Below, piece by piece: positions 37,465-49,600 of a stretch of 64,000 nucleotides of DNA (the stretch's first letter is position 1; every line of letters begins with the position of its first letter). A program made the translations under genes and the position numbers. The stretch is from Macrostomum hystrix (taxonomy: Eukaryota; Animalia; Platyhelminthes). The DNA lies in NCBI GenBank assembly GCA_950097015.1, contig CATNEN010000003.1:682001-746000 (forward strand), given 5' to 3'. The notes beneath the pieces were generated by a model, which was not told the DNA's origin, ran no database searches, and was given only the letters and a program-made list of their open reading frames with translations.

Positions 37465-37649
37465 GTTTAAATGAACTCAAATCTGACGTATTTTAAACCA
37501 TTTGAATTGTTTTATCATTAATTGTCTACTGATTTGTGCGACAGAGCCAAATTTGGCCTACATCATCCCGAGAAGTATTTGTGTTGCGTTAAAGTGAAAG
37601 TTTTGTTCATTAAAATGTCTGTCAGACGACCTCTTATAATCACGGCGCC

Positions 37650-40600
37650 TTATCCTGTAACATAGCGGCTCTTCTTTTGACAGTCGCAGGAAGCGTTAAC
37701 ATCGAGCTGAAATTAGTTTGTTTAGGTGTTTAGAGAAGCTATTTTATAGTGAATTCTTTTTATAAAACAACTGACTGAATTCCTCATTCGGAGGAGATTC
37801 TAAAAATAGCTTTATCGTGTTATTTTCGCTAAAATATGCTTAAACACTCACAGCCCTAATGACCACAGAGTTGTCCGGGCACTTGTAACGCGCTGTCATT
37901 GTCCTCCTGTGCAGCGGCACGCAGCACTTGTCTGTGCTGTTGCCGCAGCCGCCGTCGCATTTGTGCAACGGCAGCAGGTCGACAGATTCGCAGCCGTCTG
38001 GGAACTTGTAGCGCTGGAAGTTGTACACGAGTGAGCATTGCGCCGGCACTTTGGGTGGCACCTTGCCGCAGGCATCCTGGTGGTGCACAATGTAGCTGGC
38101 GTTCTGCTCGCATGCCTCGCGTTCCAGTTCGCACAGATTCTTGAAGGTGTCGGTCTTGTTGCCAATGACGCCGCAGACGGCTGTTTCGCCGCGGCCGTCA
38201 CAGCTGGGACACCGGCAGACGGCGGTGCCGTTCGCCTCCACGCAGATGTGGCTGGTCGGGCAGATCTTGTTGCGGCACGGGCCGTCAGGGCAGGGGCCGG
38301 AGTAGCAGTCGGCGAATGACGTCATATCGAACGGACAGGCGCCGTTGAATTGGGACTCGCGCACGAGGGACCTGGTGCGCACCTGGAAGCCGATGCCGCA
38401 GGTGCGGGAGCAGCCGCCCCACTGGCTCCATTCGCTGACCTTGCAGTCTGGGAGGGGGTTCGTTGTAGCAATCCAAATAGTTTCTAATACTAGTAACAAC
38501 AATTGTTGGAGGGCTGCGGCAATGGCACACAATTTGGTGACAATGTGGCCTCGCCGTGGAATTGAATTCAGGGACCTGGTTGCGAGAGGCAAACACGTTA
38601 ATCTCTTATCTCTACAGAGATAAGAGAATGTGTCTTTTTATGTCACCACTTGGTGTAAATTGATGTTCACCACTCACATCTACAAGAAAACGCGTCGCTT
38701 ACTGATTGGCTGTCACTAGAGACGAGATTATTATAGGTGGGGCCCGGTGTACATCTAAATACAACACCCTGGCTCTCTAAGAAAGCGTGTCGCTCACTGA
38801 TTGCTTATAATTACCAGCCATTCACGCGAATGTACGAGTACATCACCCTAGCTTTCCTGCAATTAGCTCGCTGATTGGCTGTCGGTAATGATGAGTGTAT
38901 ATCTATTTATATTTTCGCGTCTTACCCTAGACAACGCGCCACTTACTGATTGGCTATGTACACTGGCTTAACTTTCCAAGAAAGCGCGTCACTCACTGAT
39001 TGGCTGCCTGCAGACTGACATATTGGACAGGGAAACGCTATCCTTCCAGTAGCACTTGTACTTGATGTAGTCGCATCGGTTGCTGAATTGCACCAGGTCG
39101 TGGGTGCACACTGGGCCGGAGTTTTTATCGGCGTCGGTGCACGGACGGCACTTGCAGATTGGCTTCTTCAGGTCCGGATCTGTCACGCAGATGTGCGACT
39201 CCGGGCAGCTGATGTCAGAGCACTTTTCTGATGAAAATGTGAGTTAGAAAATGTCAATTAATTGTTAAGGTACTTAATTTATATGCCTGGCGAAATCCCC
39301 CAGCAAGAACAACCACCCTGATAGCTCCCAAGGACCGTTCCAATGACTATACTTCGATAGTTTCTATGACAGACTCTATGACTATTCCTATGACCGGTTC
39401 TACGATCGTTCTATGACCGTTTCTTTCAATGACCGTTCCTTTAATAGTTTGAATAACCGCTCCTTTGACCGTTTACAAGATCGTTTTTATGATCGTTTCT
39501 ATGACGTATGATTTCCCATGACCGGTTCAATGACCGCTTTTATGACTGTAAGTTTTTATCGTCATGCTAAATAGATGGTTAAAAATATTCAGTTACAACT
39601 GCCGCTGCACCTTTGCAAGGAGAGAAGTAGCTGACTGTAATGTCCTTCTCCTTGGCCTTGCAAGCGAATTCAAACATGGCCTTCTCAGAGGCGTGAGTTC
39701 GACCGCGATTGTCGCAGACTTGACCCTCGACCAAACAGCGCTTGCCGACGCAGTCGCAGGTGCACTCCGGCGTGTTCTGCTCGGTGACTCGGCACATCTG
39801 GTTGGGCTCGCATGCGCCTTGACAGACTGAGGTGCAGGTGCGACCATCGCCCTGGTAGCCGTGACGACACGAACAGGTGTACGAGCCAACTGTGTCGGTG
39901 CATTCGGCCATTGGGTCGCATTTGCTGGTACCGCGACCGCATTCATCTTCGTTGACGCACTGACCGAAATCGTTGAATCTGGGATTCGGGATTTTTGTTT
40001 GGAGTAGACCGTAAATTCTTTGAGGTAGACAGAGGAGACAGAGTGGATTTTATAGGGTAGACAGAGTAGATTCTATAGGGTAGACAGAGTGGATTCTATA
40101 GGGTAGACAGAGTGGATTCTATAGGGTAGACAGAGTGGATTCTATAGGGTAGACAGAGTGGATTCTATAGGGTAGACAGAGTGGATTCTATAGGGTAGAC
40201 AGAGTGGATTCTATAGGGTAGACAGAGTGGATTCTATAGGGTAGACAGAGTGGATTCTATAAGGTAGACAGAGTGGATTCTATAGGGTAGACAGAGTAGA
40301 TTCTATAGGGTAGACAGAGTAGACTCTATAGGCTAGACTGAGTAGACTCTATAGGGCAGACTGAGTACACTCTATAGGGTAGACTGAGTACACTCTATAG
40401 GGTAGACTGAGTACACTCTATAGGGTTGACTGAGTAGATTCTATTGGGAAGACAGAGTAGATTCTATTGGGTAGACATAGTAGATTCTCTAGGGTAGAGT
40501 AGATTCTCTAGGACAGAGTAGATTCTATTGAGTAGACAGAGTAGATTCTATTGGGAAGACGGAGTAGATTCTCTAGGGTAGACAGAGTAGATTCTATCAG

Positions 40601-43600
40601 GTAGACAGAGTAGATTCTATAGGATGGACAGGGTGGATTCTATAGGGTAGACAGATTAGACTCTATAGGGTAGACTGAGTATATTCCAAATCGTAGACAG
40701 AGTAGATTCTATAGGGTAGACAGAGTAGATTCTATAGGGTGGACAGAGTGGATTCTATAGGGTAGACTGAGAATATTCCAAATCGTAGACAGAGTAGATT
40801 CTATAGGGTAGACAGAGTAGATTCTATAGGGTGGACAGAGTGGATTCTATAGGGTAGACAGATTAGACTCTATAGGGTAGACTGAGTATATTCCAAATCG
40901 TAGACAGAGTATATTGAACACAGTCCATAAGTTAGCTAGGGTAATTAAGGACAGACCCGCTATCTGAAATCGCCCACCTGAATCCCACATTGCAGTCGCA
41001 TCGATGCCCGGAGGTCGTTGACACGCAGTGAGAATTCGGCGGGCAGGTCACATTGGCCAGGACGCACTCGTCGATGCGTCGGCATTTGGCGTCGACCACG
41101 GCTGAGCCGGGCTTGCAGCTGCAGTTGAAGCTGCCGGGCCTGTTTAAGCAGACGCCGTAGTCGGAATCGCCGCAGGCGTCGGGTTTGGCGCATTCGTCAA
41201 TGTCGACGCAGACAAAAGGACCGTCTGGTCGATAGCCGGCCGAGCAGGTGCAGGTATAATTGCCAGCTGTGTTGGTGCAGATGCCGTTGGGGCAAGCGTT
41301 GGCCGATTTGCATTCGTCGATATCGACGCAGTTATTGCCGGACTCCAGGGTGAAGCCCTTGGGGCAGTAGCAGCGGAATGAGCCAACGGTATCGACGCAC
41401 ACTTGATTTGGCGGACATCTGTTTAAATTTGATTGGTCAGATTGTAGATAAGACAGGTAGATAAGATAGGTAGATAAGATAGGTAGATAAGACAGGTAGA
41501 TTTTAGACATGTAGATTGTAGATTAGACAGGTATATTGTAGATTAGACAGGTAGATTGTAGATAAGACAGGTAGATAAGATAGGTAGATAAGACAGGTAG
41601 ATAAGATAGGTAGATAGGGCAGGTAGATAAGATAGGTAGATAAGACAGGTAGATTTTAGATAAGACAGGTAGATTGTAGATTAGACAGGTAGATTATATA
41701 TTAGATAGTTAGATTGTAGATAAGACAGGTAGATTGTAGATAAGACAGGTAGATTGTAGATAAGACAGGTAGACTGTAGATAAGACAGGTAGACTGTAGA
41801 TAAGACAGGTAGACTGTAGATAAGACAGGTAGATTGTAGATAAGACACATAGATAAGACAGCGAGACAATCGAGGCGAAAACAGTTCAGTTGCCCACCTG
41901 GCAGCTAGCCTGGAGGCGCTGGGCAAGGCGCACTCGTCGATGTTAGCGCAGGCGGTGTCGCGGAACTCATAGCCGTCAGGACAGTTGCAAACGAAGCTGC
42001 CCGGCGTGTTGACGCAACTGCCGCCGGGCTGGCAGAAGGTCAGTTTGGCATCGGCAGCCAGCTTGCACTCGTCAATGTCTGCGGATGGGGTAAAAAGAGA
42101 GCATAGACTTTAGGGACGGTGAACTTCAGGATGGTTGTGCTTCAGGGTGGTGAGCTTTATGATGGTGCACTGGTGGGAGGTTTCACACCTCAGAATGGTG
42201 TACTTAAAGGAGAATTTACGAGTACTTTTAGAGAGGGTGTACTTTAGGGATGGTGTACTTTAGGGAGGGTGTACTTTAGGGAGGCTGTACTTCAGAGTGG
42301 TGTTCTTTTTTGAAGTATATAATTTAGGGTGGTGTTCTTAAGGATGATTTATTTCAGGAAGGTGTACTTCAGGAAAGTTGTACTTTTAGGGAGGGTGAAG
42401 ATTCACTTCAGTGAGGGTGAGGATTCATACGTCCTCAGAGAAAGTACTAAAAGTACAAACTCCCTGGCAGAAACTAAGAGCGTCGCTCACCAACACAGTC
42501 GGCGCCATTCTGGGCGAATCCAGTCTGGCACTTGCAAGTGAAGCCTCCCATGGTATTGACACACTGTGAGCCCTGACCAGTGCAATTGTGCATGCCCATA
42601 CTGCATTCGTCTATGTCCTGGCACAGTCGCTGATTGTCTGGCGGATTCATGTAGCCCTGTGGACAGGCGCAAGCGAAACCGATTGTAGTATTGTCGACGC
42701 ACAATGCTCCGGCTGGACAGGCGTCGGCACGCTCGGAGCATTCGTTTATGTGTTCGCAGGCTCCGGTGAGGGACATGCGTTTGCCGCGCGGGCAATAGCA
42801 CTGGTAGCTGCCGCGGGTGTTGTTGCACATGGCTGTGGCGTGACAGCTGTCATTTCTTGAGCACTCGTCTATATCAACGCAGTAGACTCCGTTAACAGTG
42901 TAGCCAACTGGACAGCTGCAGGCGTAGCTAGCGAAGGTGTTGTGACAGGTCTGCTCCGGACCGCACACTCCGGCTGTAGCGCATTCGTTGACGTCTGCGG
43001 TTGAGGCGACGGGATGATGTTTGGGTAGAGGTCGGACAGGTCCCGAAAGTACATCTGATTCAGTCGAGAAAATGTACATTCAACCTGGCTCTAAGAATGT
43101 ACATTCAACCTGGCTTCTGAGAATGTACATTCAACTTGGCTTCAGGGAATGTACATTCAACCTGGCTTCTGAGAATGTACATTCGACCTGGCTCACCGAA
43201 TTTTTATTCAACCTGGCAATAAGAATGTACATTCAAGCTGGCTATGAGAATGTACATTCAACCTGGCTCTGAGAATGTACATTCAACCTGGCTCTGAGAA
43301 TGTACATTCAACCTGGCTCTGAGAATGTACATTCAACCTGGCTCTGAGAATGTACATTCAACCTGGCTCTGAGAATGTACATTCAACCTGGCTCTGAGAA
43401 TGTACATTCAACCTGGCTCTGAGAACGTACATTCAACCTTCAACATCGAAAGCGTATTGAAAACTTTTGTGCGTATTTCAAGCGTATTGAAATGTACTTT
43501 CAAACCTCGCCGAAGAAAGAATGTTCATTCCGCCGTAACCATAAAATGTACTTTCATATGTACCGGCCCAGTTCATGCATCCCAGAGTCGAGAGGTTTGC

Positions 43601-46600
43601 TCACCCTGACAGTGAGTTCTGTTGAGCATTTCCAGCCCGAGTTTGCATCGACAAGCGAAGCTGCCAACCAGATTCACGCACTCCGCTGTGCCGCGATTGC
43701 AGTCGTCCGCGTTCTCAGCGCACTCGTCAATGTCTGCGTGAGGTTGGTTTGGTAGGTACAGATACAATTCACTGAAAAGCAGACGCAACAGAAGTAGTAA
43801 ATATCTCCCGTGTCTCATCTCTCCCGTGTCTCATCTCTCCTTTGTCTCATCTCCCGTGTCTCATCTCTATCGTGTCTTATCTCTCCTTTGTCTCACTCTC
43901 CCGTGTCTCATCTCTCCTTTGTCTCACTCTCCCGTGTCTCATCTCTCCTTTGTCTCATCTCTCCCGTGTCTCATCTCTCCCGTGTCTCATCTCTCTCGTG
44001 TCTCATCCGTCCTGTATATCCATCTCACAAAGCATTGCTCAGTAACTCACCAACGCAGCCGCGCGGTCCGACGGCCCTGAAGCCGGAGTCGCACTCGCAC
44101 CTGTACGATCCGGGCGTGTCGACGCACTTGGAGTTGGCCGAGCACACGGCGCCGCGGTCGCACTCGTTGATGTTGACGCACTGGTAGGTGCCCAGGACGT
44201 TCTCGTAGCCGGCAACGCAATCGCAGGTGTAGTTGAGCTTGTGAACTCGATTGTCCAGATTGCGGCAGCTGGAGACGCTGCTGTTGCATTGGTTGGGTCC
44301 GGCGCATTCGTTTACATCGTCGCAGACTATTCCGTTGCCTGAGAAGCCGTCGAGGCAGACGCAGCGGGCCGCGCCGTTGACCGTCTGGCACTTGGCAAAC
44401 GGGCTGCACCTGTTCATTGAAGGACGAGGTGGAGCGGACTAGTTGTCTAGGATTTGAGTGAGTGCGAAATCGTCACTGTTCTCTAATTGAGTATATATTT
44501 TCCATTCGTCTCAACAGATTGAATTACATGGTTCAAATCAGATTTATAATCATTAAGTAATATTTACGCTCGTAGATTTACCAAAATAATTCGAATCACA
44601 TTCTGATAACTCAAATACCCTTCTGATTACTTAATCCTTTTCTCAGTACTTTGATACATTTCTGAGTACTCAAATACCCTCTTGATTGCTCAAATCCTAT
44701 TTAAATAACTCAATTGCTTTTCTGATTACTCAAATATCTTTCTGATTACTCAAATACCGTTCTGATTACAGAAATCCCTTTCTGTGTACTCAAATCCCTT
44801 TCTGATTAATTAAATCCCATTTTAATTACTCAAATCCCTTTCTTATTCCTCAAATCCCTTTCTGATTACTAAAATCCCATTTTAATTACTTAAATCCCTT
44901 TCTTATTCCTCAAATCCCTTTCTGATTATTAAAATCCCATTTTAATTACTTAAATCCCATTCTTATTACTCAAATCCCTTTCTGATTACTAAAACCCCAT
45001 TTTAATTACTTAAATCCCATTCCGGTAACTCAAATCACATTCTGATCACGCAAATCCCAATATGATTACTTAAATCACAATCAGATTACTCATATTGATT
45101 ACTCAATCCCACTCAAATCCCATTCCATTCGAATCCAATTTGTTGCTCAAATCGTATTCTAGAATCCCAACTCGCTCAACCGAAGAAGAAAGGCATTCCT
45201 CCACAAACCTGGGCGCCCTAGTCCAGCAGGGATCCACCTGCTGGCAGAAGTGCACGCAGACTCCGCTAGCGCAAGAGTCCACGCCCTTGTCCAACTGATC
45301 AGCGGGACAGCGGCAGTCGTAGCTGGAGTTGCCCTGATCGCGACAGACGCTGCCAGCCGGGCAGAGTGCCGACTTCGGCGGCGGGCAGTTCTGATTGAGT
45401 TCGCAGAAGTACACGCCGTCGCCATGGTAGCCGGGTCGGCAATGACAGGTGCAGCTGCCTGGTGTATTGGTGCATTCGGCCAGCGAGTGGCAGGGGTGGG
45501 TGCCGGTTTTGCACTCGTCCACATCTTCGCAGCGCTTGGCTTCGGGGTTCCAGGCCCAGCCCTGGACGCACTCGCAGGTGTAGCCGGCGCGGGTGTTGAC
45601 GCAGCGAGAATAGTTGCCGCAGATCAACGGATCGTTGGTGCACTCATCGAAGTCTACGCATGCGCGAGGGTCCTTGGCCTGAGTGAAACAGGTGGTTTAT
45701 GGTCCATCAGTGTTGTACTAGCTATCCCGGTACCGCCTAACCTTATCTTATTCTTATCTTAGTCATTACCGCACTTTGAAACTCAATTAACTTTATCGGC
45801 ATTTTTGCCTCTCTTATCTTATCCTTTCTCTAATTACCTCTCATCTTATGGTCTATATTCCCATGCCTTATCTCACTGTCTCTTTATCAATATGATATCT
45901 TATACACTTGGTCATCCAATATCAATAATCTATCTGTCAGCTCTCTCTCTCTCTCTATTTATCTCATACCTCACGCTCTCTATCCATCTCTTATCTCACC
46001 CTCTCTCTATCCATCTCTTATCTCACCCTCTCTCTACCCGTCTCTTATCTCAGCCTCTCTCTATCCATCTCTTATCTCACCCTCTCTCTACCCGTCTCTT
46101 ATCTCAGCCTCTCTCTATCCATCTCTTATCTCACCCTCTCTCTACCCGTCTCTTATCTCAGCCTCTCTCTATCCATCTCTTATCTCACCCTATCTCTATC
46201 CATCTCTTTTATCCATCACCCTCTCTTTATCCATCTCTTATCTCAGCCTATCTCTATCCATCTCTTATCTCACCCTCTCTGTCCATATCTTATCTCACCT
46301 TCTCTCTATCCATCTGTTATCTCACCGTTTCTATCAATCTCTTATCTCACCTCTCTATCCATCTGTTATCTCACTCTCTCTATCAATCTCTTATCTCACC
46401 CTCTCTCTACACATCTGTTATCTCACCCTCTCTCTACCCATCTCTTATCTCACCCTCTCTCTACCTATCTCCTATCTCAGGCAGTCACAGACCTGCACCA
46501 GACCCTTGGGGCAATCGCATCGATAGCTGCCTTGCAAATTCTTGCAAGTCGCTCCTCCGTAGCAGTCGCTTGTGCCGTCGCGGCATTCGTCAATGTCGGT

Positions 46601-49600
46601 GCAATTCTTGCCGTCGCCTGTGTAGCCCGGCTTGCAGATGCACCGATGCCCCGGTCGGAGGTATTCGCAGTTGGCATTCGGATGACAGCCGGCCGCGGCG
46701 CCGCCCTGATTGCACACATCCAACGGGATGCAGCTGACCCCGGATTTCAAGGCTAGCTCTGTGCACAGACAGTTGAAACCGCCTGGTGAGTTGGTGCATC
46801 TGAGGACATTGGAGCAGTGGAAGTAGTGGTTAAAATTGTTTCCTACGTGGTTTGCCTCCGAGTCTACCATCGCACTTCTCTCAGTCCACCTAAACTCCTT
46901 CCAAATCTACCCTTGTCTACTTCTTAGTCTACCCAATCTCCTTCCAAATCTGCCCTTGTCTACTTCTCAGTTTAACCAATCTCCTACCAAATCTACCCTG
47001 TCTACTTCTCAGTCTAACCGATCACCCTCCAAATCTACCCTGTCTACTTCTCAGTCAACCCTGTCTACTTCTCAGTCTAACCGATCTCCCTCCAAATCTA
47101 CCCTGTCTACTTCTCAGTCTAACCGATCTCCCTCCAAATCTACCCTGTCTACTTCTCAGTCAACCCTTGTATACTTCTCAGTCTACCCAATCTCCCTCCA
47201 AATCAACCCTTTTCTACTTCTCAGTCTAACCGATCTCCCTCCAAATCTACCCTGTCTACTTCTCAGTTTAACCAATCTCCTACCAAATCTACCCTGTCTA
47301 CTTCTCAGTCTAACCAATTTCTTTCCTAATCTACCGTGTCTACTTCTCAGTCTACCCAATCTCCTTCCAAATCTAACCTTGTCAACTTCTCAGTCAACAC
47401 TTTCTACTTCTCAGTCCACCCTGTCTACTTCTCGGCCTTCCCAATCTCCTTTCAAATCTACCCTATCTACTTCTCAGTCTACCCAATCTCCCTCTAAATC
47501 TACCCTGTCTACTTCTCAGTCTACCCGATCTCCCTCTAAATCTACCCTGTCTATTTCTCAGTCTACTCAATCTCCCTCTAAATCTACCCTGTCTACTTCT
47601 CAGTCTACCCGATCTCCCTCTAAATCTACCCTGTCTATTTCTCAGTCTACCCAATCTCCCTCTAAATCTACCCTGTCTACTTTTCAGTCAAGTCTTTTTA
47701 GTCTTCTCTGCCTACATCTTAGTCTACCATGTCTACTTATAGGTTTACCAGATCTTCTTCCGATTCCTTTTAACAGTCCTTACAGTTTTTGTTTACTTAG
47801 CCTTATTAGTCTAGCCCTTAATCTCCCGATGTTATTTTTCTAAGTCTACTCTGTTTCTCGGATTAAACGCATTTAAACGTTCAACAGCCACGGGCCAACA
47901 ACTCACTTAGAAATGAGCGGATCTCCGCACACGCCTGGCCTAAAGTACGGACTAGCCGGGTCGCATTCGTCATTGTCAACGCACAGGTTGCCCTCCTTGT
48001 GGAAGCCGGGCTTGCATTCGCAGTCGAAGCCGACAGGTGCGCGGGGCACGCAGGTAGAAGTGCCCAGATCGCATGTGTGAGTGCCAGCAGTGCAACTATT
48101 GTCCGCTATTATAAATAGAACATTTTGTAATTCGATTTTGCATCTCTCTACTGACAGTAGGCACAATGCGCGAAAGTGCTTAATAATGAACTACGCAAAT
48201 AAAAAATGCTTACGAAGACAGACTCGACCGTTGCCAACGTAGCCAGATTTGCAGATGCAGCGAGTGTAAGTGCCATCGAAATAGCAGGTGGCGTTGGCGC
48301 TGCACAAACCCGGGGTGCTGCACGGATTGCGCTCTGGTAAGCGAGAAGTTAATTGAAAATGCAATCGGATGCACTTTGAGCGATTGATTAAACTTTACGA
48401 AGATTTTTTTACCTTTTTTACCTAAAGTAATTATGTATCTTTAATAGCTTGTCACAGCAGAAGAAAAATTCGGAACTAAACTGCTGTCAATAGAGCTCGC
48501 ACCGGCGGGACACAGTGCCTGTGAGGTATGAGTCAGTCCAGGCCCACGGGCTTTGGTCTGCGATGCCTCACACCTGCAGCCGTTTTTTGAGCAGGCCTGG
48601 CAGGAAGGAGACCTGTACCTTCGGGTGCAGGAATCCCTCCAACGCTGTCCCGTCAGCTGACCCATGGGTACACGTCCCGCGAGTGTTCAAGGCTGACCCT
48701 AGGGCAGCCGGACAGAATGGGCAACAGCGCTGGATGACCCATCCAGGGCCTCCGGCCAAACTGGGTACCTCTAGCCCCGGCTGGAGGGATAGGTGTCACC
48801 CTTTGACCTTAACAGAGTATGTGGCTTGTCCGCAATTTTCGTGCACCTGTGCGTGATCAGGTACCTCTGGCTACGGCCCTGAGGGACAGGTGTCACCCTT
48901 TGACCTTAACAGGGTTTGCGGCCAGCCCGCAGGCCTCGGCGCCGGCTCAATGGCACCCTCCAATGTCCCAGTGTTGACCGTGCTGATGGACGCTTGGCCA
49001 GGGAGTAGTCTGGTCTCTTACGGTTCCTCCCGGTGGTCCTGGCATCCCACCCCGGGTTGTAACTTGTCTTTTTTGGCTGCCCCCGCTCAGTTTTGGGATC
49101 GCGGCTGAGCGGGTTATTCCTGCCTGTGTCTACAGGAAGCCCCTCTCTTCATTGCAGCTTTCAATGGCTTCTAGCCCTTCAACTGCTCCGGCCGAGGACA
49201 CCATGGTGCCTGAGGCCATACACGCTGCGGCGCCCGGGCTAGCTGGCCCCGCGACCGCCACAAATGCCGCGCTGCCCAACTCGCGCGATGACCGGGGCGC
49301 TAAGCGCTCCACCACCTCTGGAGCGGCAAAACGCCGTAGGCGCATGCTGGCCCACGGCACGTCGGCTCCATTGACCAAGGACCAGGCCCAGGCCAGAGGG
49401 GCCGAAGGGGCTCTGCCTAGGGCGGGGGCTGGGGCGGGGGGCCTTGTGCCTCCTGCCCAGGCTCCTGCACGGGGCGGAGCCCACGACGCCCCGAGGCCAG
49501 GGTCGCGGGCCAAGGAGGGCCCGGCGCCCATCCGGACGGCTGCCCGGCCCGAAGGAGAAGCGGAGGCGGAGGGCCCTGTGCCCACCGCCGACGCAGATCC

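Noticed and set aside
43068-43440. Palindrome-containing repeats (also 12433-13065 and 34100-34855) as CRISPR arrays
   Set aside because: Units are head-to-tail with no unique spacers, there are no cas genes, and the context is eukaryotic introns.
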